In this document: positions 29,617 through 38,948 of the stretch, piece by piece | How the letters are laid out: every line of letters begins with the position of its first letter | How positions within the stretch are numbered: the stretch's first letter is position 1 | From: Idiomarina sp. | Lineage (GTDB): Bacteria; Pseudomonadota; Gammaproteobacteria; Enterobacterales; Alteromonadaceae | Direction: 5' to 3' | NCBI GenBank assembly: GCA_022565355.1 | Contig: JAIUMU010000003.1 | Coordinates: 119,989-183,988, forward strand | DNA length: 64,000 nucleotides | The notes under the pieces: generated by a model | The model's database searches: none | What the model saw: only the letters and a program-made list of their open reading frames with translations | Told to the model about the DNA's origin: nothing | Program-made: the position numbers and the translations under genes

Positions 29617-29935
29617 TTCTCAATCATTCACGCCCACAGTGATTCAAACCATACAGCACACGCAGCGTGACTTTGCAGGGCCGTTGGCGCAGCACCTGGT
29701 TGATTCACTCCATATTCAACAAGGTAATTCGCTTGTGCCCTATCTTGGCTATGGATTCGAATCCTCCAATCAAGATGCTCTTGAAAGTTGGGTTTACATG
29801 GTTTGCACATCATTGAAGATTCCATTTTCATCGGCGAGCCTCTCCACTCTTGAGAGTATTCTAGCACCCGCGCTAGATGCGTTGAGAAATGAACGGACGC
29901 TCTCGCTTGATATCTGCGAGGTGACTTATGACTGA
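29606..29935 (+). CDS. hypothetical protein
   Basis: Start set at ATG 29606, with AGGAG 7 nt upstream; it overlaps the int stop. 109 aa, no recognisable family. Confidence 0.5.
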   Translation: MMLNSQSFTPTVIQTIQHTQRDFAGPLAQHLVDSLHIQQGNSLVPYLGYGFESSNQDALESWVYMVCTSLKIPFSSASLSTLESILAPALDALRNERTLSLDICEVTYD

Positions 29936-30392
29936 TTCGAATCACCGTCATCACACAAGCGCTGACCGACACGGTCAGCGCCGCGTTGCCGGGCATTTGT
30001 CGGCAAACACACTTAGGCCTCGGCAACATGCGACGCTTGCCTACATCACGATTCAAGAAGCAGCGGCAATGCTTAACGTGAGCGAGCGCACCATCACACG
30101 CTGGATTAAAAAAGACGCCGTCGTCACCTTCAAAAACGGTCATCGCCGGCTGGTCTGTCGCGACTCACTTGCACGATTGACCGACAAGTATGACGACAAA
30201 CGCACCGACACCAATGCACCAGATGACGCAACTTTTACCAATACGCTTTTGGATATTCATGAGCTAATTTCATTGTTAGTGGCGCTTTATCATCCTGAGC
30301 AATTATCGGATTTAACCCGAAAACGCGACATTCAAACGCGCGTTACTGAACTTTGTACTGCCAAAAAACACACCGGAGGCACTCATGATTGA
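29928..30392 (+). CDS. excisionase-family HTH DNA-binding protein
   Basis: ITIQEAAAMLNVSERTITRWIKKDAV matches the excisionase/MerR-type HTH pattern. 8-nt overlaps with both neighbours. Confidence 0.6.
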   Translation: MTDSNHRHHTSADRHGQRRVAGHLSANTLRPRQHATLAYITIQEAAAMLNVSERTITRWIKKDAVVTFKNGHRRLVCRDSLARLTDKYDDKRTDTNAPDDATFTNTLLDIHELISLLVALYHPEQLSDLTRKRDIQTRVTELCTAKKHTGGTHD

Positions 30393-31614
30393 TTTTGATA
30401 CCTACGCGCATGATGCAGGGCGGTTTTTAGACCGTGAGCGTGTCGCGCAAGCACGCGCATTGATGGCAGAAGCGCGTTATATGAGCCGTCGCCGATTAGG
30501 GCTATTTCGCGACCGTCTCGAGTACTCTCATGAATACCAGCAAATGCTCGCATTCACGGCGGCTTATCTCGACATGTCGGGCGATGATGTGCTCGCACTC
30601 ATTCAATTTACGGACGAACAATCGCCGCTGGAATTTTTATTCTCACTCACTTACCTTACTTTTGCATCCCACAATCTAGGGCCGTCTGAGATTGATGGCG
30701 TGCCTATTCCGCGCCCAGATCGAGGTGATGATGCGACGTTTGATGCACCGCAGCTGCATAGCGCATTACATGCACAGTTTCCCATTCGTCTTGGTGATTA
30801 TCGCCGCGATATTGATTTTGTTTTGTGTCTAGGTGGTCATGAAATGGGGATTGAAATTGATGGCGCTGCCTTTCATGGTGATGACAAAGAAATACAACGC
30901 GACTTATGTTGTGAGCTCTGTTTTGCCGGCTATCAAATCCCGCTCATTCGCATTCAAACCGCAGCGCTAACCTGCACGCCGTTTGAACTCATGTTTCATG
31001 TGATGAATCACGCATTTGAAAAATTACCACTCGACCCGATTCGCCCAGCGGAACAAGAAGAAAAAGCATACCGCTATATACTGACCGCTGCGCACGACAT
31101 CCCGATGCTGTCCAGTTTTGTGGCTTCAGCGTTCGATTACTATTTTCGTGCGGCGGTTGTAAGCTCTATTAAAACCGGAATCGTCGAATCCAAGGCGCCT
31201 AAGTTTGCATTATTTAAAAACAACAGAAAAGCGAAAAGCGATTTCATCGCGTTCACAGTCACATTTGGCTCTATGCGCGCTAGGCTGGAGGTCACCGATA
31301 ATGCGATTATCGTGAATTCCGCTCTTAACCTGACGGCGCAGATGCTGATTCAGGGCCTGATGGTATTTTTCAATCAGTTAAGTTCGAAATATCGTTTTCG
31401 GCTCTTCGATATGGACGCGGGTGTTCCACTGCATTTGATTACATTTAGCCAAGCTGAGCGAACCGCTTCGCGTATTGCATTAGTGCGTAAGCGGCGTTTT
31501 CGCGGTGGCAATATCCTCATCGATGAACTTAATCAAATCGAGAGCCATAATCGTCACGGGCTTATGTGTGTGGGTGAGATCTCCTCCATGGATGAAGATG
31601 AAACTTACGATTAG
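30385..31614 (+). CDS. hypothetical protein with DUF559/Vsr-like endonuclease-fold segment
   Basis: 409 aa. DIDFVLCLGGHEMGIEIDGAAFHGDDKEIQRD...GYQIPLIRI resembles the D...E(I/V)DG..H...D..R core of DUF559-type nucleases. Confidence 0.45.
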   Translation: MIDFDTYAHDAGRFLDRERVAQARALMAEARYMSRRRLGLFRDRLEYSHEYQQMLAFTAAYLDMSGDDVLALIQFTDEQSPLEFLFSLTYLTFASHNLGPSEIDGVPIPRPDRGDDATFDAPQLHSALHAQFPIRLGDYRRDIDFVLCLGGHEMGIEIDGAAFHGDDKEIQRDLCCELCFAGYQIPLIRIQTAALTCTPFELMFHVMNHAFEKLPLDPIRPAEQEEKAYRYILTAAHDIPMLSSFVASAFDYYFRAAVVSSIKTGIVESKAPKFALFKNNRKAKSDFIAFTVTFGSMRARLEVTDNAIIVNSALNLTAQMLIQGLMVFFNQLSSKYRFRLFDMDAGVPLHLITFSQAERTASRIALVRKRRFRGGNILIDELNQIESHNRHGLMCVGEISSMDEDETYD

Positions 31615-31646
31615 GTAAGAGTTACCTTTTGCCATAAAAGTACTCA

Positions 31647-31680
31647 AAGCCCCGAATTACTATTTCGGGGCTTACTTATT
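31647..31680 (+). terminator. rho-independent terminator ending the int operon
   Basis: Stem aagccccgaa / ttcggggctt with a 7-nt loop, followed by a T-rich tail. Confidence 0.6.
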
Positions 31681-31938
31681 CCCTTACGCCTCGGCTCTTA
31701 GCTTTTAAGCACCTGCCTGACTCTCCTCACAGTCCTATCGCTCTCGGAACATTCTTGCCGTGCGAAACTCGTTTTGTAGCACCCCATGAATCATCAAAAT
31801 TGCATGAGTATTGTTCAATTTTTGCCGATTTACACCGTAGAACCCCTAAAAAAGGGTGCTCTACGGGATTTAATACTCGGTGCAAATCAACAACACTATT
31901 GTCATCGAATCCACATCCGAATTATTTCGAGAGACAAA

Positions 31939-32472
31939 ATGACAAAAATTGCACTCAAAAAAATACACTTTATTGATGTCAGCCTGCCAACTGGGTTCGC
32001 ACGCCAGAATCAAAAAATGGCCGAGGCACTATTGGAGCAATCCAGTCTCGAAACCCTACTCGAGGGGCTGCGTGCCATTCAATGTAATCGACGGGTTTAT
32101 GCACTCGAAAAGTTTAATCTTATCCAAGCGCTGCAGCAATTAGCCCCTAGCCTCACGCTTAACTGCTCAATAATCACAGTTAGGACTGTCAGTGATGTTA
32201 AAACTCGGGTAGCCCATGAGATGACTATCGCCAGTGTCAGCTCTGTAGCGCCGATTTTAATCGCCGAGTTCGAGCGCGCGAACAAAGTACCGCATTTGCT
32301 TTGCAAACAGCAGCTTATTGATGTGCTCGGCGTTAGTCGCAGTGCGCCCGGAAAACATAAGGAAAAATTCATTCGGAGTTCTCATTCCGAGGCGCCTGCG
32401 CAACCGTCAGGAAGTTTGGCGCAGCAACTCGCCCACATCCCACCAGAGCGAAAAGAGGATAAGCGGTCATGA
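31939..32472 (+). CDS. hypothetical protein, possible ParB/HTH-like
   Basis: Start uncertain: the ORF is open from 31786, and ATG 31939 gives MTKIALKKIHFIDVS. ATGA overlap with the next gene. ParB-like resemblance is weak. Confidence 0.45.
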   Translation: MTKIALKKIHFIDVSLPTGFARQNQKMAEALLEQSSLETLLEGLRAIQCNRRVYALEKFNLIQALQQLAPSLTLNCSIITVRTVSDVKTRVAHEMTIASVSSVAPILIAEFERANKVPHLLCKQQLIDVLGVSRSAPGKHKEKFIRSSHSEAPAQPSGSLAQQLAHIPPERKEDKRS

Positions 32473-34721
32473 TAGAGCGAGACGCACTAAAGAATGCCAT
32501 GCACGAGGAGTTTGACATTTTACCCTCGCATGAAATGTCAACTTACGCATCGCGTATGATTCGATTTTTACGCGCCCTTTCATCGCTTGCGTATATGAGT
32601 GCATACCAATCAAACGCATACCAGAAATACGCTGATGCGCTCAGCGAGGAGTCTGAATCAACAATTAATTTGCGATTCTCGCGCCGCGAGCTCTACAACA
32701 GCCTCACTAATGCGCCATTTTTTTCTACGCTGTTGCTACTCGATTGTGACGATAACGCATGTTCGTATTACTTGTTATTGGCGCATCTATACTGCGCACG
32801 CGCTTACAGTGAATATCGGCCCTACCTGCGTTTCTATCAGGCACTCTTATCTCGACATGCCAATGCTCTAATTATCTCAGTCGGCGCCCTAAAAACCTAC
32901 ACGCTCGACGAACTGCGCCTCGTGCTTACATCGCTCGCGGAGCAAAAGGATGATTCAAAACTGCGTGACCTCGCCAGTTTCTTGCGTCCACCCAAGCCGG
33001 CTAATGAAAAGAAAGGGCCCAGCATGCTGAGTACTTCGAATCACTCAGAACGACCCATTCATTCCGATAGCGAGGGCGCCCTGAAGTACGTCGAAGTATC
33101 CACTGATACTGGCGAGACCATAGGCTCGTTTTTAGACTGGACCCCACATTTACAAAAAACACAAGAACAAGAGCGGGCGCGTTTCAAGCGGGCCAAAGGT
33201 GGTTTGAAAAATGCGCTTTACCATGCCGAGTCACCTGCCGTTTGGTCATCGATGGCCGCGACACCGTTTGAACTCACACGCCTACTATCTTGCACCGACG
33301 CGGCTTTTATTGACTCAGATGTCGGCGCATTTGCAAAAGAGAGCGCCCCAATTTTTGTCATTTTGTTTTTACGCTTACTCGGCTTATCTGAGCCCGGTGA
33401 GTTAATGCTGATAAACGCGGGCTCCCCGCGATATCAGCCAACGACACAGCCAAATACGCTTGTTTACCATATCGACAAAACGACGAGTCGTATAGACGCG
33501 CATGTCATTCTAAACGCAGAACTACTGAACGTTGCTAAACCTAACACCAGTGATTCTCGCGTGCATTATAGCGCCCAGTCGTACATAGAAATTTCGCTCC
33601 CACATCCGATCCCGCTATTACTAAAAGCGGCATTTGTAAACGTCACCGCAACGCAGCGAAATCATCGGACGTTATTCGAGGCACTCCACCTCAACAAAAA
33701 AGCATATCGTTCAAAACTACGTGCATATATTAAAAATGCTGCTCTGCATGAAACGGGGGTGTCCATCGCAGGTGTCGAGAGAGCATTTTTTCATTACGCG
33801 AAAGAGCAACTGCCAGAGGTTGTATTTAATTTCCTGAGTGGGCGAAGCAGCGTGCAGCACCATTATATCTCTATAGAGAGGGCAACTATCGAAACCGAAC
33901 TAAGGGCGGCATGGTTTAATTTTCTTGATGATGCTCACATCGTACGGCCAAGTAGTGATAGCGATAACACAGTTTTTGGCGCCTATCAGGATTATCATGA
34001 CGAGGTGGGTTCAGCGAATACGTTACGAAATGAGTCATTCATCGCCATGCTGAGTCATTACAGTGGGCTAGTACAAGATAGTAACCTCAGTAATTTGGCT
34101 CGACAGAACTTTTGCAGCCTCTATTTGTATCTCAGAGTAGCGTCAACTGTCGGGCTGCGACCGGTTCGCGAGCCGCTTCCTGAATGGTCTGCCGTCGAAC
34201 CATCCCTGGGTGTTTTCAGCGTCGCCGACAAACGCGTTCATCATAGTGACGAGCGCCGCCTCATCGTCCTACCGCTGAGATTGAATGCCCTCCTACGCCA
34301 TTGGTCAAAAGCGGTTCACGTTATATCGATGGATCTAAACCTACCAGCACCTCATGCGCCCCTCATGCATTACTGTCAGGAACATCAAGGTTGGCAGTAT
34401 TTGAGTGCACGTTATGTAAATTCGCTATTGCAGAGGGATTTCCAGGAAGACCTCCACAATCGGAGTTTTCGCCATGTCGCCGCATCAAAGAATCTGCACA
34501 CCTTATTAGCAAACGGGAAATTTACTCAATCGGCTTTTAATTTGTTGATGAATCATGCCCGCGGCGGCGTATCGACCATGAACCAGCGCACTCTTGTCAG
34601 CATAGCGACCATGGTGCGGCAGCAACGCGCAATGATTGAATATAGTGAGACCGATGCAGTCATCGTTGATTTCGATGAACGTGTCATGGCCGTATTGCAG
34701 GAGTTGGCTTATGGGATTTGA
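32469..34721 (+). CDS. large (750 aa) tyrosine-recombinase-like protein, catalytic motifs partly degenerate
   Basis: GLRPVRE (box I Arg-like) and RSFRHVAAS (HxxR-like). An NHARGG segment follows without an obvious catalytic Tyr. Translationally coupled on both sides. Confidence 0.5.
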   Translation: MIERDALKNAMHEEFDILPSHEMSTYASRMIRFLRALSSLAYMSAYQSNAYQKYADALSEESESTINLRFSRRELYNSLTNAPFFSTLLLLDCDDNACSYYLLLAHLYCARAYSEYRPYLRFYQALLSRHANALIISVGALKTYTLDELRLVLTSLAEQKDDSKLRDLASFLRPPKPANEKKGPSMLSTSNHSERPIHSDSEGALKYVEVSTDTGETIGSFLDWTPHLQKTQEQERARFKRAKGGLKNALYHAESPAVWSSMAATPFELTRLLSCTDAAFIDSDVGAFAKESAPIFVILFLRLLGLSEPGELMLINAGSPRYQPTTQPNTLVYHIDKTTSRIDAHVILNAELLNVAKPNTSDSRVHYSAQSYIEISLPHPIPLLLKAAFVNVTATQRNHRTLFEALHLNKKAYRSKLRAYIKNAALHETGVSIAGVERAFFHYAKEQLPEVVFNFLSGRSSVQHHYISIERATIETELRAAWFNFLDDAHIVRPSSDSDNTVFGAYQDYHDEVGSANTLRNESFIAMLSHYSGLVQDSNLSNLARQNFCSLYLYLRVASTVGLRPVREPLPEWSAVEPSLGVFSVADKRVHHSDERRLIVLPLRLNALLRHWSKAVHVISMDLNLPAPHAPLMHYCQEHQGWQYLSARYVNSLLQRDFQEDLHNRSFRHVAASKNLHTLLANGKFTQSAFNLLMNHARGGVSTMNQRTLVSIATMVRQQRAMIEYSETDAVIVDFDERVMAVLQELAYGI

Positions 34722-37593
34722 TGACGTGGTTGTGCTGCTCTCGTCGGAGCGCACAAATGTTCGAGAGTCCGCCTATTTTGCATTTGAAACGATTCAAAAA
34801 ATCTGTCCGCGCGCGTTTCAGTCTGAGCCTAAGATCCCAAACGATTATTTGGTCAGTCGTGCCCGAACGATTTATGAACGGGCCAGAGATTATCCCGAAC
34901 TCGATGCGCTGCGGCTTGTACTAGTGCATCTATACCGAAGCTTAAAAGACGCCAACCCTGATTTAATAGAGCCTAAGCAAATTTTCCCAGCCCATCGCGA
35001 GCGCCCCGTCATTCACAAGGGTAATCCTTCGTGGCAACTGCAAATGCATCTGCACCAGGCTATCGAGACGGCATTATCTCAGTTGCATAGGCTATCGCCA
35101 GATGTCCGACAGATGACATTAATGCTCGCCCTTGCTCGCCAATATGGTGTTAGCGACGTTGACAGTTTACTCGCAATTCTGGCGCCCGACACGACCATAA
35201 GCTATTTACCCGATGCGGCCCGTGCCATCTGCATCACCTCGACTGGCGAGAATCATTTTTTGGATGCGCCTGCACTTGCGATGTGGAAAAACCTTAGTTC
35301 GTATGTACCGAAGAGCTTGAAGCATATTCATCAAAACTTTGCAGGATGGATTGATTATCAGCGAACCCAAGAGTCAGCGTTTCATTTGCTGAATTGTTCA
35401 CTCGAAGACGCGCTTCTCGCGCTGTCGTTTACCCACCAGAGTCTGGCCTCGGCCAATCTCGGCTCGCTCACCAAACCGCTATCACATTCAGCGCTTATCT
35501 ATGCCCTCACAGGCCAGACGATAACGACAGATTACGAAGTGCCAGAAGAACCTCTGCGTCGACGCCGTAAACGGCTCCCCCAATTTACAAAAATTGCCGA
35601 TTTAACCCCCACTCTTCAGCGGCCATTTAGTTTTCACAGTGAGCTCGGCCAAGAGGATACGATACTCATCAATGCCATTCGCGACGCAGTAAAAAAATAT
35701 GCGAGCGATGACAAACGACAATCGAGGGCATCTCGGTTCTATACCGACCTGACAGCGACACTGCTTAGGCTAATCAATGATGCGCATGCAAATCCGCAGA
35801 TTAGCGTTGTTGCATGGTATGTGGGTTTGTACTGTACTGACCTAATGCTGCACGGAAGCGCTCATAAAAAGCGGCTTCGTGCCTCAACCATGTTGACATA
35901 TCTATCGCGACTTAGCTCATTTGCAAAGGTGGTATGGACTGATGAGCAACTTATGAGTGATGCGCAACATTCATTCGACGCGCGTCTCGAACTTACGATG
36001 CACGTCGCTGAATCACTGAGCGACTACCTCACTGACAGTGAGTTATCCACGATTATCAATTTTTTCTATTACCTACAGCAAACCAGCGCTACGCTTTTTT
36101 TTGATGCGCAAGCGCTCGAATACTCTGGCGCATTTCCGGCAAATACACGCGCGCATTACATCAGCCCACATGATTTTGATATGACGCGTGAGAAGCTTTT
36201 AGAAACACCTAGCCTTGAACGCGAGCAATTTTGGCACTTCGCAACCCTCTGCTATCGACTCGGCCTGCGTCACGAGGAGGCCGCCAAACTCGCCGTTAAC
36301 GACGTGCGCTTTGACTGTGGCGATTTAATCGTGAGTAATGTGCTGCTCCGTAAAACTAACAGAGCGGTTCGTCGAGTCCGGCTGGCTTTTCTCACAACAT
36401 CCGAGCATGTGGCGCTAGAACAATATGTAACAGTTCGAAAAGCACGCGAGCTCGAATCGCTGTTTGATTCCCATGTCATTGACGCACTCCAAAACGAATT
36501 TCTCACAGCTCTACGTGACACTTCAGGTAACTCAGAAGCGGTCATCCACAGCCTCCGCCATAGCGCAGCGAACAATATTCTGTTCCAACTGAGCCTCTGT
36601 TGCATCTGTAATTTAATGGCCTGTCGTCATCGCTATCTGTTTTTGCAACATGACGTATTTGAAGAGCAGCACCTAGACCTAATCAAAAGCGATATTGCAC
36701 AGTCTGGGCGCCAATGCGATCTGTATTTTCCTGTTCTTGATGTGCTCGCTGGGCTACTTGGTCACGTTAGCCCAGCGATTACCATGCAATCGTACCTGCA
36801 TCTATTTCATCTACTCGCGTTTGAGCTAAATGCCTGTCGCGAATTGCCCTTATCCTTGAAAGCATTCATGCAGTTGGTTCCGCGCAATCAATATCGTTAT
36901 GAACACAAGGCTCGGTACAGGAAATGTATGAGCCACGGCTCTGAAAGCGCGAATCGTTACGCATTTAAACACGTCGTTCGCGGCTCCAATAATCAGCAAT
37001 ATCCTCTCAAGGCCGCTCCGGCGAAGAAACGTGTATCGACCAAACCCTTATCGTTCAGTGATTATCTGCTGGCATTACATCGTTACCGGCATGAGCCGCA
37101 GAGTCACTTCGCTAACAACGAGCTGCTCGACCATTTTGACCGGCTTGATGGAATGCTGGGAACCGAGTTTTACGATCGCTGGAAAAGCCGGGATTTCCCA
37201 GTGTGGCTGCGCTTGTTTGAGCGGCTTACAGATTTAAATTCGAACGCTGTGAACAATGACGCACTTGCTACTCTCGCTGCATTGCACGCCTCAAATACTG
37301 TCACGACGATTCGACAACTGAAGCGTTGTCTACGTGCATTTGAAATTCTCGGTTTACATGAACTCCACTTTACTGCTCGAGTGCCAGAAAATAAGCCACT
37401 TTCTCAAGCATGGTTAGAGGCTATTTCTGACGCGGCTCATCATGTCGATTGCCATGAGGACGAACAAGCGACGTCACCCGTGCTCGCGCTGCGACCCCGC
37501 GGTTTACGTTACGCACCTTGGAGCCATTTGCCGACCATCATCAAATTGCATCAGACCTACCAAACGTTGCCGGATAAGACGAGAATATTATGA
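34711..37593 (+). CDS. giant (about 960 aa) tyrosine recombinase
   Basis: Start at ATG 34711, with CAGGAG 7 nt upstream and an 11-nt overlap with the upstream stop. Central catalytic domain: GLRHEEA (Arg), IHSLRHSAAN (HxLRH), LLGHVSPAITMQSYLH (His...Tyr). Long N- and C-terminal extensions. Confidence 0.75.
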   Translation: MGFDDVVVLLSSERTNVRESAYFAFETIQKICPRAFQSEPKIPNDYLVSRARTIYERARDYPELDALRLVLVHLYRSLKDANPDLIEPKQIFPAHRERPVIHKGNPSWQLQMHLHQAIETALSQLHRLSPDVRQMTLMLALARQYGVSDVDSLLAILAPDTTISYLPDAARAICITSTGENHFLDAPALAMWKNLSSYVPKSLKHIHQNFAGWIDYQRTQESAFHLLNCSLEDALLALSFTHQSLASANLGSLTKPLSHSALIYALTGQTITTDYEVPEEPLRRRRKRLPQFTKIADLTPTLQRPFSFHSELGQEDTILINAIRDAVKKYASDDKRQSRASRFYTDLTATLLRLINDAHANPQISVVAWYVGLYCTDLMLHGSAHKKRLRASTMLTYLSRLSSFAKVVWTDEQLMSDAQHSFDARLELTMHVAESLSDYLTDSELSTIINFFYYLQQTSATLFFDAQALEYSGAFPANTRAHYISPHDFDMTREKLLETPSLEREQFWHFATLCYRLGLRHEEAAKLAVNDVRFDCGDLIVSNVLLRKTNRAVRRVRLAFLTTSEHVALEQYVTVRKARELESLFDSHVIDALQNEFLTALRDTSGNSEAVIHSLRHSAANNILFQLSLCCICNLMACRHRYLFLQHDVFEEQHLDLIKSDIAQSGRQCDLYFPVLDVLAGLLGHVSPAITMQSYLHLFHLLAFELNACRELPLSLKAFMQLVPRNQYRYEHKARYRKCMSHGSESANRYAFKHVVRGSNNQQYPLKAAPAKKRVSTKPLSFSDYLLALHRYRHEPQSHFANNELLDHFDRLDGMLGTEFYDRWKSRDFPVWLRLFERLTDLNSNAVNNDALATLAALHASNTVTTIRQLKRCLRAFEILGLHELHFTARVPENKPLSQAWLEAISDAAHHVDCHEDEQATSPVLALRPRGLRYAPWSHLPTIIKLHQTYQTLPDKTRIL

Positions 37594-38801
37594 GCATCAT
37601 CATTAGTACACATCAAACGCTAAACTATCTGAACGCGCTGTTAAGCACTGCGCGTCTTTTAGACACAAAAAAGGCTAGCAGGAGTGAGCGTGTTCAAGAT
37701 GCGCGAGAGCGCGTCGCCATATTTTTCTGTTCTCAATCACAATCCGTGCGATTAACGTCATCCATACAGTACAAATGCGCCCAAGCCACGTTTTCAGTGA
37801 AGAATCATGGCGACTGCATTGCGTCTGATTCGGCCTATGAGATTTCAGCAACCGGACTCTGCCATATCATCGAGAATCTCGAAGCGCACGACTACCTAGA
37901 TTTGACCATTTCCAATGACGAACACCATCTCATCATTCGTGGCGCACATGCTCAATCCGCAGACCTCTTCGCTCAAACGAAACGGTTTGCCATCGCAAAA
38001 TTTGGCAATCAAACGCGGTATAAAGAAGTCCTGACGCCTATAGTCGTTCCGGCCCTATACGAATTTACCCTTGAAGAAAATCGCGGCAAGCTTTCTATTA
38101 CTGCGTCTGATGCAAAAAAACTTCAAGCGTTGTACAGAGTTTGGGAGCTGCTTCCGAAGAGCCGAAATTTCCCTTTCATACTCCGCACTGGCGTGGGTCA
38201 ACTCTATGCAGAAACTAATTTTGCATCGGTAAAACTCTCGCCGCAAGCAGCGCACATGGAATCGTGCCGCTCTGAAATAACAAGCGCAGAGATCCGCGTG
38301 CTAGTCAACTTAATTGACAGCTTTACGAGCCCTAGTCATCAAAAAGTACCTACTATTTTACTTAGCGAGCGATTTGTGTGTTTTTCCTACCACCAATTCC
38401 GAGCGCGTCTACTCACATTGTCGGACCAACGTATGACGACACCACGTCATGAGAGAGATGATGACTGCATCCATCTAAGTAGCGATACCCTTCGGGAGCG
38501 GCTGAAAGCACTTCACATCACCACAGACAAAAAAAGAGATTGGGTAAAAATGACATTTTATCCTGACAATCGCCTACTCCTCGAATTTAAAGACCATGGG
38601 GAAGCTTCGAACGAAATGACATTTATAGGCGGATTAACCAGCACGGTAGAAGAGTCGGTCTCTCGAGAGTATCTATATCGAGCCCTAGATTTGAGCCCAA
38701 ATGAAACTATTACGATATGCGGCTTGCACAACAAAAGTAACGTATTTACGCTGCACTCAAATTCATGCGCTGTGTTGGTGCCAAAAATTCGTAGGTCATA
38801 A
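37590..38801 (+). CDS. hypothetical protein with DnaN (beta sliding clamp)-like sequence pattern
   Basis: 403 aa with an ATGA overlap with the recombinase gene. By eye it parallels E. coli DnaN along its length. N-terminus: MSIIISTHQTLNYLNAL vs MKFTVEREHLLKPLQQV. C-terminus: SREYLYRALDLSPNETITICG...CAVLVPKI vs NVSYVLDVLNALKCENVRMML...AYVVMPMRL. Confidence 0.45.
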   Translation: MSIIISTHQTLNYLNALLSTARLLDTKKASRSERVQDARERVAIFFCSQSQSVRLTSSIQYKCAQATFSVKNHGDCIASDSAYEISATGLCHIIENLEAHDYLDLTISNDEHHLIIRGAHAQSADLFAQTKRFAIAKFGNQTRYKEVLTPIVVPALYEFTLEENRGKLSITASDAKKLQALYRVWELLPKSRNFPFILRTGVGQLYAETNFASVKLSPQAAHMESCRSEITSAEIRVLVNLIDSFTSPSHQKVPTILLSERFVCFSYHQFRARLLTLSDQRMTTPRHERDDDCIHLSSDTLRERLKALHITTDKKRDWVKMTFYPDNRLLLEFKDHGEASNEMTFIGGLTSTVEESVSREYLYRALDLSPNETITICGLHNKSNVFTLHSNSCAVLVPKIRRS

Positions 38802-38948
38802 AGTAAGGCAATTCCAGTTTGATATATCCACAGCCGCCGATACAAGTGCTCGATAATAATTTGGTCATGGCTAAAAGCCATCGCACTTCGAACCGTCGCC
38901 ACCGCCTGAAAATGGCCAAGCTATTGATTTTACTGACACCTGAGCAAC

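Noticed and set aside
29628-30143. 171-aa minus-strand ORF
   Set aside because: It is antisense to the translationally coupled int-operon genes, which have RBSs and recognisable HTH motifs.
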